Below are positions 13,745 to 21,397 of a stretch of 38,533 nt of DNA, in pieces. The translations under genes were made by a program, and so were the position numbers. This DNA comes from a virus: positions 1 through 38,533 of IMG/VR virus record IMGVR_UViG_3300045988_052225, one strand, 5' to 3'. Positions within the stretch are counted from its first letter, which is position 1; each line of letters begins with the position of its first letter. Below the pieces are notes generated by a model that worked only from the letters and a program-made list of their open reading frames with translations, made no database searches and was not told the origin of the DNA.

Positions 13745-14257
13745 GTGAACAGACTTAAAGAGTTACGGAAATCACAGAAAATGACAAGAGTGGAGTTAGC
13801 CGAAAAAATTGGGGTTACAAAACTGACCATTCTTAATTGGGAACATGGCACCCATGAAATCAAAGGAAGTAACGCTAAGAAGTTAGCTGACCTCTTCGAT
13901 GTATCAATCCCATATTTGCTAGGTTACGATACCGATAACACATTTTCGGGACTAATCAATAAAATCAACGACTGGGCTGACACCCGTGGATTAAAGCAAG
14001 CTGACCCTAAGATTCAGTGGATGCGAATCACAGAAGAAGTAGGAGAAATTCGGGATGTACTCTTGAAACCGACTAAATTCACGGAACCGCAAGAAGCACT
14101 TAAGGACGCAATCGGTGACACGTTGGTAACAATTATCGTGCTAGCACATCAATTAGACCTCGATGTTACTGAGTGTCTAAGTATTGCATACGAAGAAATT
14201 AAAAATAGAAAAGGAAAGATGGTAAATGGAACATTCGTCAAGGAAGAGGATTTATAA
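13745..14257 (+). CDS. Fusion of an XRE-type HTH with a MazG-like NTP pyrophosphohydrolase domain
   Basis: 170 aa with a GTG start. HTH: LKELRKSQKMTRVELAEKIGVTKLTILNWEHG. MazG-type EExGE (ITEEVGEIRD) and DxxGD (DAIGDTLV) motifs sit in an all-alpha C-terminal domain. Confidence 0.7.
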   Translation: MNRLKELRKSQKMTRVELAEKIGVTKLTILNWEHGTHEIKGSNAKKLADLFDVSIPYLLGYDTDNTFSGLINKINDWADTRGLKQADPKIQWMRITEEVGEIRDVLLKPTKFTEPQEALKDAIGDTLVTIIVLAHQLDLDVTECLSIAYEEIKNRKGKMVNGTFVKEEDL

Positions 14258-14534
14258 TGACCTAGCTATTTCTACGGTGCTGTTCATGGTCTCACTAGCG
14301 ATTAATGTGACTACTGTCCTACGAGTGGTTAACAGACCAGTAGAAGCTATCGTGGTGCACAAGGCTGATAATGCCACTGTATTGCATGGGAAGATTACCG
14401 GCAAGGAAATGGTCGGGAAGCTATACACGCTCGATTGTGGGGCTTACGGTAAATTTCTTGTCAGCAAGGAACAATACGATGCGGTAAATGTTGGGGATGA
14501 TATCCCTAGCTACTTGAGAGGGCGTGGGAGCTAA
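14226..14534 (+). CDS. Small membrane-anchored protein
   Basis: 102 aa with one predicted TM helix (LAISTVLFMVSLAINVTTVL). The start is uncertain: 14226, or the internal ATG at 14286. Confidence 0.45.
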   Translation: MEHSSRKRIYNDLAISTVLFMVSLAINVTTVLRVVNRPVEAIVVHKADNATVLHGKITGKEMVGKLYTLDCGAYGKFLVSKEQYDAVNVGDDIPSYLRGRGS

Positions 14535-14767
14535 TGAACAAACGACAACGAAAGAAATCAGTAATGAGAAACATCTCAAAACTTTATGATGTGGCTTTTG
14601 AACGAGAGCGTTTTAGAAGAGACGTAGCTATTGTTTGTGGTAGAGGCGCTCGTGGGCAAAGAACGCTTACAACAATGCATGTTAAGAGCCAGCGATATGA
14701 ATTTAGCCCATACGAAACTATGGGTATATCGTTAGAAGGGTATGTCGTTGATCGCAAAGTGATATAG
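14534..14767 (+). CDS. Hypothetical basic protein
   Basis: 77 aa. TAATG overlap with the upstream ORF. Confidence 0.45.
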   Translation: MNKRQRKKSVMRNISKLYDVAFERERFRRDVAIVCGRGARGQRTLTTMHVKSQRYEFSPYETMGISLEGYVVDRKVI

Positions 14768-14778
14768 GAGCGGAACTC

Positions 14779-15489
14779 ATGAGCGTGAGATACAAATATT
14801 CCGGACTGACACCAGAATTATATCAACGGCTGGTCAGTGAACATGCGGCACTTAGAAAAACACACAAAAAAGGCTCTTATAAGCAGTTCTTTCAAGATGT
14901 CAAACAGTGCAGTGAAGCACAAGCACGTATCATTTACCAAGCGTTTAATAGTGCAGTCGTTGAACGTGCGAGGATATCTCCACAAACTGTCGATAGACTA
15001 GAAGGCATTATCTCCGATGAATTATTCGACGACCTTCAAGATTATCTGTCTACTAATTACACAAGGGGCAAAACCACGCGCCCAGTGTTGGAGAAAACCA
15101 ACGCAGGACTGCCAGAGGAACTGTTCAAACGATTCCAAGAGGAAGTGGAAGGATTACGCAAGGAACACCCTAATAACCTAAACAACTACATTAGAGGGGT
15201 TAAAGGGTGCGACCAGAAAACAGCTAACAAAACCCAAAACGCCCTCAATCTGTGCTATGTTGAGAAAGCTGCGCTAACACCATTGAAGGCGGTTCAAATG
15301 GAAGGAATGCTATCAAGAGAGCTATTCAGCGAGATTATTGATTATGTATTCAATAACTATGAATGGAGCGAGAGATTGGACAATGAAGTTGACCGCATCA
15401 TTCTTAAATATAGAACTAAGGGCAAGGTAGGTCGTGATAAAGCAACGGTCAGAAAAGCCCTATATACAGCCTATGCGTTAGGCGTGTAG
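14779..15489 (+). CDS. Hypothetical protein built from two tandem copies of a roughly 100-aa domain
   Basis: 236 aa. Residues about 10-95 and about 110-195 align: L-P-E-L-x-x-R...LRK-H...VK-C...VE-A...EG-x-S-x-ELF...DY...NY. Confidence 0.6.
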   Translation: MSVRYKYSGLTPELYQRLVSEHAALRKTHKKGSYKQFFQDVKQCSEAQARIIYQAFNSAVVERARISPQTVDRLEGIISDELFDDLQDYLSTNYTRGKTTRPVLEKTNAGLPEELFKRFQEEVEGLRKEHPNNLNNYIRGVKGCDQKTANKTQNALNLCYVEKAALTPLKAVQMEGMLSRELFSEIIDYVFNNYEWSERLDNEVDRIILKYRTKGKVGRDKATVRKALYTAYALGV

Positions 15490-15528
15490 CTAGAACGGTT
15501 TACGAGGGTTCGACTCCCTCACTAGCTA
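15487..15528 (+). ncRNA. tRNA-like minihelix 1 (acceptor stem plus T-arm only; not a canonical tRNA)
   Basis: 7-bp stem tagctag (15487-15493) / ctagcta (15522-15528). 10-nt linker aacGGtttac. T-arm gaggg-TTCGACT-ccctc (15504-15520). One bulged A (15521). It overlaps the TAG stop of the upstream CDS. Confidence 0.45.
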
Positions 15529-15603
15529 TTACCAGTAAATAAGAAATTAGAATCGAGGAGCCTTTTTTATTTCGTTCACTAATCTAAAGCGTCTTACTGG
15601 TGG
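15529..15603 (+). ncRNA. Long nested hairpin immediately 3' of minihelix 1
   Basis: accagtaa (15531-15538) pairs with ttactggt (15594-15601), plus two flanking U-G pairs. Inner pairings are attag (15546-15550) with ctaat (15579-15583), and gaa(t)cgagg with tttcgttc. Confidence 0.4.
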
Positions 15604-15717
15604 CGTGATTATTCAAGGCTTTATGCCTGCAAAAAGATATAGGTCAGAAATCTCCATAATTCACACTACTTTATTCTTGAAAGGGGAATATCCCCGATAA
15701 TGATTTCACTATATCTA

Positions 15718-15760
15718 GGCTGGAATGGTTACTCAAGGGGTTCGATTCCTCTTGCCAGTC
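15718..15760 (+). ncRNA. tRNA-like minihelix 2 (same architecture as minihelix 1)
   Basis: Outer stem ggctgg (15718-15723) / ccagtc (15755-15760). 10-nt linker aatGGttact. Arm caagggg-TTCGATT-cctcttg (15734-15754). One G-U in each stem, which is consistent with plus-strand RNA. Confidence 0.45.
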
Positions 15761-15812
15761 ATTGTCTGTCATCACTAAAAATAAAAAATGAATATAGATT
15801 TTTAGTGACTTG

Positions 15813-15862
15813 AACACTTTTTTAACACTTTTTCAACACTGTCGAGCTGACAGACCTCGACA
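15813..15862 (+). promoter_or_regulatory. Three helically phased AACACT(T) repeats followed by a 7-bp-stem hairpin
   Basis: aacact at 15813, 15824 and 15835 (11-bp period, each followed by a T-tract). Then tgtcgag (15840-15846) / ctcgaca (15856-15862). Confidence 0.45.
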
Positions 15863-16053
15863 CCAAAACCCAGCAAATTTAAGAAAAAAGGATGTGAAAC
15901 ACCCTCTTTCTTATTGATATCTTGCATTACTAAACAAAGCCAAAGACCTTGCTGGTGTCATTTGGCTAGAAAGGAGGTGATAAAAAAAGACCGACACAAT
16001 GGCCGGCACTCTTTGAAAGTCAACACTACTATTATACCAGAGAGGTCAGAGAA

Positions 16054-16470
16054 ATGCTATTGCCGGAAATTGATGAAAAAGCAACGATCAAACGTTGCAA
16101 GCGCAAACTTCGAGAATACCCACGCTGGCGAGAGATTGCACACGATGGCGCTGAACAGAAAATAACACAGGAATTCACATTCATGCCAAGAGGCGGTAGC
16201 GGAGTGAGTAGACCAGTGGAAAATATCGCAGTTAGGCGTGTCGATGCAATGAACGAGCTTGAAGCTATAGAGCAAGCAGTTAGCGGGCTATATCGTCCAG
16301 ACTATCGCAGAATACTGATAGAGAAATATCTAACTTATCCACCTAAACCCAACTGGCAAATCGCCCAAGCAATTGGATTCGAAAGGACAGCCTTTCAAGA
16401 ACTGCTAAATAATGCTATCCTAGCATTTGCAGAATTGTATAGAAATGGTCAATTAGTCGTAGAACGTTGA
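16054..16470 (+). CDS. ArpU-family late transcriptional regulator
   Basis: 138 aa. LPEIDEKATIKRCKRKLREYPRWREIA and the C-terminal HTH-like IAQAIGFERTAFQELL. Position is directly upstream of the terminase genes. Confidence 0.75.
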   Translation: MLLPEIDEKATIKRCKRKLREYPRWREIAHDGAEQKITQEFTFMPRGGSGVSRPVENIAVRRVDAMNELEAIEQAVSGLYRPDYRRILIEKYLTYPPKPNWQIAQAIGFERTAFQELLNNAILAFAELYRNGQLVVER

Positions 16471-16550
16471 GATTTCGGTATTTTGACGGATAAAGCACGG
16501 TATCTTACAAGTGTTTAAAGTGGTATTATTGTATTATCGAAGAGAAACGG

Positions 16551-16579
16551 AGACAACTCATTTTGTGGGTTGTCTTTTT
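16551..16579 (+). terminator. Hairpin plus T-tract between the late regulator and terS
   Basis: agacaac (16551-16557) / gttgtct (16569-16575), 11-nt loop, then tttt (16576-16579). Confidence 0.5.
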
Positions 16580-16598
16580 CAGTATCGGAAAGGAGTTG

Positions 16599-17042
16599 AT
16601 GGAAAATGGGATGACCGAGAAACAAATGAAGTTTGCCGATGAGTACATCATCAGCCTAAATGCTACGCAAGCATACAAAAAGGCTTATCCTAGTATTAAG
16701 AAGATAAGGACGGCAGAGGTAAATGGTAGCAAGCTACTAAGAAATACTGAGGTCAAGGCTTATATAGATGAACGACTGGAACAGTTGAAGTCAGAACGTG
16801 TTGCGGATCAACAAGAGGTCATGGAATTTCTCACAGCCGTAATGCGTGGCGAGGTTGAAGAACCCCTGCTGGTCCTCGATGGTGAGGGTATGCAACGTAT
16901 TGCTCAAGCCAAACCAAACGTCGCTACACGTCGCGCTGCGGCAGTTGATATCGGAAAACGCTATAGAATGTGGACAGACAAGGTCGAAGCTGATGTAACG
17001 CAAGATATCAATATCAATGTCGGTGAATGGAATGACGATTAA
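16599..17042 (+). CDS. terS: Terminase small subunit (Terminase_2-like)
   Basis: TEKQMKFADEYIISLNATQAYKKAYP matches the usual TerS N-terminal HTH pattern. The start is the ATG at 16599 or at 16611 (AAGGAG at 16590-16595). The track ORF begins at an upstream TTG at 16563, inside the terminator. Confidence 0.8.
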   Translation: MENGMTEKQMKFADEYIISLNATQAYKKAYPSIKKIRTAEVNGSKLLRNTEVKAYIDERLEQLKSERVADQQEVMEFLTAVMRGEVEEPLLVLDGEGMQRIAQAKPNVATRRAAAVDIGKRYRMWTDKVEADVTQDININVGEWNDD

Positions 17043-18297
17043 TCTTGATATCAACCCAAGTAGGGTGTTTAATCGGCATATCTATGAGCATTTGTTTGAT
17101 TACGACACTTTCACAGAAGTACACTATGGCGGAGCGTCAAGTGGCAAAAGTCATGGTGTTTTCCAGAAGATAGTCCTCAAAGCTCTTAAAAAGTGGGACA
17201 AACCCCGCAAAATATTGATATTGCGAAAAGTAGGCTCTACGGTTCGTGACTCGGTATTTGCGGACGTGCAAGCAGCGCTGTCTTATTTCGGTGTGCTTAA
17301 TCTATGCAAGGTTAACATGAGCGCATTCCGAATCGAATTGCCAAACGGTGCCGAATTGATTTTCAAAGGGATGGATAACCCAGAGAAGATTAAGTCTATC
17401 AAAGGCATTTCTGACGTGGTCATGGAAGAAGCGTCAGAGTTTACGCTTGATGATTATACGCAGCTAACACTTCGCTTGAGGGATAAAGCACACAAGCAGA
17501 AACAAATCTATTTAATGTTTAACCCGGTATCTAAAGCTAACTGGGTATATAATGCGTTCTTTGTGAAGAACCCTAAGAATACAGTGGTTTACCAAACAAC
17601 GTATAAGGATAATCGGTTCTTGGACGACTTGACCAAGGAGAATATCGAGGAGTTAGCAAATCGAAATGAAGCCTATTACAAAATCTATGCTTTGGGTGAG
17701 TTTGCAACGCTCGACAAACTAGTTTTTCCAAAATACAAAAAGAGATTACTTAACAAGGACGAGCTTGAACAGTTGCCGTCCTTTTTTGGTCTGGACTTTG
17801 GGTTTACTAACGACCCTACGGCATTTATGCACGTCAAAATAGACCGAGAGAATAAGCGGATATATATCCTAGAAGAATACGTCAAGAAGGGGTTGCTAAA
17901 CAACCAAATAGCAGAAGCTATCACTAGCCTTGGCTATTCAAAAGAGGTGATTATGGCCGACTCGGCAGAGCAGAAATCTATTGCTGAATTGCAAACGCTG
18001 GGCTTGCGTAGAGCTATTCCAGTAGATAAGGGTAAAGGTTCAGTCCTTCAAGGAATTCAGTTCTTGCAGCAATTCGACATCATCGTTGATGAGAGATGTG
18101 TTAAGACGATTGAGGAGCTTGAGAACTATACATGGCAGAAAGATAAACATACAAACGAATACATCAATAAGCCGTGTGATAGTTATAACCACTGTATCGA
18201 TGCGATTAGATACGCACTTCAAAACCTTATCTTCGTCAAGGATAGACAGGACGTAGACGCTAAGATAAGACGGGTTAACAAACTGATAAGGAGATAG
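17017..18297 (+). CDS. terL: Terminase large subunit (PBSX/Terminase_3-type)
   Basis: 426 aa. Walker A YGGASSGKSH. Nuclease-domain acidic residues lie near the C-terminus. Alternative start is the ATG at 17032. It overlaps the end of terS. Confidence 0.92.
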   Translation: MSVNGMTINLDINPSRVFNRHIYEHLFDYDTFTEVHYGGASSGKSHGVFQKIVLKALKKWDKPRKILILRKVGSTVRDSVFADVQAALSYFGVLNLCKVNMSAFRIELPNGAELIFKGMDNPEKIKSIKGISDVVMEEASEFTLDDYTQLTLRLRDKAHKQKQIYLMFNPVSKANWVYNAFFVKNPKNTVVYQTTYKDNRFLDDLTKENIEELANRNEAYYKIYALGEFATLDKLVFPKYKKRLLNKDELEQLPSFFGLDFGFTNDPTAFMHVKIDRENKRIYILEEYVKKGLLNNQIAEAITSLGYSKEVIMADSAEQKSIAELQTLGLRRAIPVDKGKGSVLQGIQFLQQFDIIVDERCVKTIEELENYTWQKDKHTNEYINKPCDSYNHCIDAIRYALQNLIFVKDRQDVDAKIRRVNKLIRR

Positions 18298-18298
18298 A

Positions 18299-19798
18299 AT
18301 GACGAATACAACACACAGTGCTGACGATATTCTGCATGAAGGGCAGTATATTCCTAGATCGTATCAATTCGAGCGAGACATGGAGCCAACTAGCTTACAG
18401 AAACGTGAAGATTTTCTTCGTTTCGCAAAAGAAGCTAACACGCACTTCATGGCTCAGTCAGCAGACGACCTGGTGGACACGTTCCAAGGACGTGAGAAGT
18501 TAGAGAAGATGGTAGCTCAGTTCCAAGACGAACAGATTGAGCGTTTGAACATCCTAGAGAGCTATTCAAATGGGAATAACTACACTATTCTAAATGGTCG
18601 TAAGCGATTGGAACCAGAGAAGGCTGACTACCGCATTAGACACGATTTAGGTGGACAAGCTAGCCGCTTCTTCACTGGGTACACAGTAGGTCAACCTATT
18701 TCAATCGGCGCTACTGACACCAATAGCGACTTGACAGCCATCGATGAATTCAACGCTTACAACGACATTGAAGCTCTTAACCGTGAGTTAGTCTATGACG
18801 CTTCACGCTTTGGGCGAGCGTTTGAACTACACTATTATGATGAATTTGGCAATCCCGCAGTGGTCTTGATTGACGCAAGGGAAATGTTCACTATTCGTAG
18901 CGCAGACGTCCGAAAGGATATCATTGCGGCTGTCCATTGCCCAGTTTACAACGGTGAGATGTTTGTCACAGTTTACACAGATAGCAAGATTGTTAGTTAT
19001 GATCCAAACTGGCAGGAAATCGAGCGCAAAGAAAACCCGTTCGGGATGGTGCCGGTGGTTGAATGGCAGAATAACCGAGAACGTTCGGGAGATTGGGAGA
19101 AAGGTATTCCAATCATTGACGCTTACGACGCAGCGGAATCTGACACGGCTAACTATATGTCAGACCTTAATGATGCCATGCTTGTCATCAAAGGTGATGT
19201 AGAAAGCACAGGGATGAATGCGTCTGACATTATGAAAATGAAACACGCTAACATGCTTGTTCTTGAAAGTGGTGTTGGGCACAATGGACAACAAACGTCA
19301 CTAGACGCTGGCTATATCTATAAGCAATACGATGTCAGCGGTGTTGAAGCGTACAAGTCACGTTTGATTAAAGACTTTTTCCGAATCGTTGGATTGCCTA
19401 ACTTGCAGGACGACTCGACATTCTCAGCTACGTCTGGGATTGCTATCCGCTATAAGCTCGTTGACTTGCAACAGGTTACAGCCGTCAAACGTGGGTTCTT
19501 TGTCAAGGCGCTCAGACGACGCTATAAATTGCTTGAGCTACTGTCTAACAATCTCAAGGGTATCGAACCAGTGGACGCTGACATGTTGACATTTACATTC
19601 CATGAGAATTTACCGACAGACGTATGGGCTGAGATTCAATCAGCTATCAATTCAGGCATGGAAATCTCACAAGAAACACTTATGGAATCAGCTAGCTTCA
19701 CCGATGCGCGCAAAGAAAAGAGCCGTTTGCTCAAAGAAGGCGGCGCTACTGATTTAGAAGTCAGCCAGATTGTAGGTACTGAGGATGATGACGAATAA
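18299..19798 (+). CDS. Portal protein (SPP1 gp6-like)
   Basis: 499 aa, directly after terL. Acidic C-terminus. Confidence 0.88.
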   Translation: MTNTTHSADDILHEGQYIPRSYQFERDMEPTSLQKREDFLRFAKEANTHFMAQSADDLVDTFQGREKLEKMVAQFQDEQIERLNILESYSNGNNYTILNGRKRLEPEKADYRIRHDLGGQASRFFTGYTVGQPISIGATDTNSDLTAIDEFNAYNDIEALNRELVYDASRFGRAFELHYYDEFGNPAVVLIDAREMFTIRSADVRKDIIAAVHCPVYNGEMFVTVYTDSKIVSYDPNWQEIERKENPFGMVPVVEWQNNRERSGDWEKGIPIIDAYDAAESDTANYMSDLNDAMLVIKGDVESTGMNASDIMKMKHANMLVLESGVGHNGQQTSLDAGYIYKQYDVSGVEAYKSRLIKDFFRIVGLPNLQDDSTFSATSGIAIRYKLVDLQQVTAVKRGFFVKALRRRYKLLELLSNNLKGIEPVDADMLTFTFHENLPTDVWAEIQSAINSGMEISQETLMESASFTDARKEKSRLLKEGGATDLEVSQIVGTEDDDE

Positions 19799-20741
19799 TG
19801 AACGCTACAATGCCGAGCGAAAAGCACAATCAGACCTAATCAAGCGTGACATAGAGCGTGACAAAGTCTTAAAAGAGCTTTATCAAGCGTCTTATAACCG
19901 CATGCAGAGCCAAATAAGCGGTTTTTACATGCGCTATGCCGACAAGGAAGGGTTAAGCCGTTCCGAAGCTATGAAGCGAGCTAGTGAGTTCGATGTCACT
20001 GAGTACAAAGACCGAGCTAGGAAGGCAGTAGTCGAGAAAGATTTCTCACACGGAACTAACCAATGGTTAAGACTGTTTAACCTCAAAATGAAAGTCAGTC
20101 GCTTGGAGCTGCTCAAAGCAGAATTAAGGCTTGAAATAGCTAGTCTTATATCAGACGTTAACGAAGTCTTTGACGAAGCGCGTGAGAACGAATATTTAGC
20201 TGAGTTTAAGCGCCAAGCGGGTATCTTGGGCAATTCTGCCATCAATGCAGTAAGTCGCATGAGAGCTATTTTAGACGCTGATTTCTACGGTCAGAATTTC
20301 AGTCGTAGAGTTTGGGGCAGAAACGGACTTCATGCAAGTATGCAGAAGGATGTGTTTAGCTCGTTAGCACGCATCTTCACCGACATGGACGGTTTTAAGC
20401 AGGAGCGGCAACGATTAGCTAAGAAATATAACACAAGCCAGTCCAACGCCCAACGATTGCTCAAAACCGAAATAGCTCGCATTAATGCTGATACAGAATT
20501 GATGATGTTGAAAGAAAACAACTTCACACATCTAATCTATGTCGCAGAAAGTGGGGCTTGCGATATCTGTAAGCCCTTGGACAAAAAAGCCATACCGATT
20601 AACAAGGCAGAAAAGGGGGTCAACATGTACCCAATGCATCCAAACTGTCGATGTTCAGCGTATGGACACATCAAAATGGAATATAAAGCTGGCGGCAGCA
20701 CTCTTGATGAAGAAGCTGTTAACGGCGTTTGGGGTGAATAA
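19785..20741 (+). CDS. Head morphogenesis / minor capsid protein (SPP1 gp7, Mu F-like)
   Basis: 318 aa. C-terminal CDICKPLDKK...YPMHPNCRC motif typical of the gp7 family. It follows the portal gene. Confidence 0.82.
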   Translation: MMTNNERYNAERKAQSDLIKRDIERDKVLKELYQASYNRMQSQISGFYMRYADKEGLSRSEAMKRASEFDVTEYKDRARKAVVEKDFSHGTNQWLRLFNLKMKVSRLELLKAELRLEIASLISDVNEVFDEARENEYLAEFKRQAGILGNSAINAVSRMRAILDADFYGQNFSRRVWGRNGLHASMQKDVFSSLARIFTDMDGFKQERQRLAKKYNTSQSNAQRLLKTEIARINADTELMMLKENNFTHLIYVAESGACDICKPLDKKAIPINKAEKGVNMYPMHPNCRCSAYGHIKMEYKAGGSTLDEEAVNGVWGE

Positions 20742-20827
20742 CCCCTTGTCCAGACCGTGCTGAGGACGTTAAAAGCTGCATGAGTTCGTCGAGGTTGGAC
20801 GTTAAAGCGTAAAGAAAGGAGCCTATC

Positions 20828-21379
20828 ATGGCAGAAAAAGAACTTGAAACAGTTGAAAATCCTCAAGAGGTTGAAGCTAGCCAACCAGAAAAAGAGGAGA
20901 AGATGGTGTCAGTCGCTGAAATGCAACGTAGACTCAAGCAGATGGAAGAAAAACATACTCTTGAAATTGCTGATATGCAAACCGGTATTCAATCTCAAAT
21001 CGAGGAAGCCGTTGCTAAAGCTAAAATGAGCGAAGAAGAACTTCAAGAGCTGCAACAGAAACAGCGTGATAAAGAATTCGAAGAAGCACAGAGCACAATT
21101 GCAGCACTTCAAGCTCAGATCGCTCAACGTCAAATGCAGGATATCGCTATTAAAGAACTCGAAGCTCAAGGCGTTCCTGTTAATGAGTCGACGCTTGCTT
21201 TCGTTGTAAAAGGCGACGAAGAAGCTACCAGGTTAGCTGTTTCAAATATGGCTAACATTCTAAACTTGCAGAAACGAGAAGAAGCCAAAGCTCTACCACC
21301 TCGCACTAGCGGTGGAGAGGAAGGGCGTTCACATCGTGGAAAAGACAAGTTTGACAAAGCCAAAATCACTAATTTCTAA
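20828..21379 (+). CDS. Capsid scaffolding protein
   Basis: 183 aa, highly acidic and coiled-coil (E/Q/K rich), immediately upstream of the major capsid gene. Confidence 0.75.
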   Translation: MAEKELETVENPQEVEASQPEKEEKMVSVAEMQRRLKQMEEKHTLEIADMQTGIQSQIEEAVAKAKMSEEELQELQQKQRDKEFEEAQSTIAALQAQIAQRQMQDIAIKELEAQGVPVNESTLAFVVKGDEEATRLAVSNMANILNLQKREEAKALPPRTSGGEEGRSHRGKDKFDKAKITNF

Positions 21380-21397
21380 TTTAAGAAAGGAGAGCGC

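Noticed and set aside
15487-15760. Calling the two TTCGAnT-containing elements ordinary tRNA genes or tRNA 3'-half att remnants
   Set aside because: No D-arm or anticodon arm can be drawn. The complementary 5' acceptor strand lies only 10 nt, not about 60 nt, upstream of the T-arm. There is no CCA immediately after the stem. Both strands of the terminal stem are present, and a simple 3'-fragment remnant would lack one.
15914-16165. 83-aa ORF upstream of and overlapping the ArpU-type gene
   Set aside because: It has a non-ATG start with no RBS and overlaps the well-supported regulator gene out of frame. I treat it as part of the noncoding block.
20764-20807. Direct repeat GGACGTTAAA(A)G at 20764 and 20797 in the spacer before the scaffold gene
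   Set aside because: There are only two 10-11-nt copies and no supporting secondary structure or promoter elements. This could be chance or a minor regulatory site, and the evidence is too weak to call.
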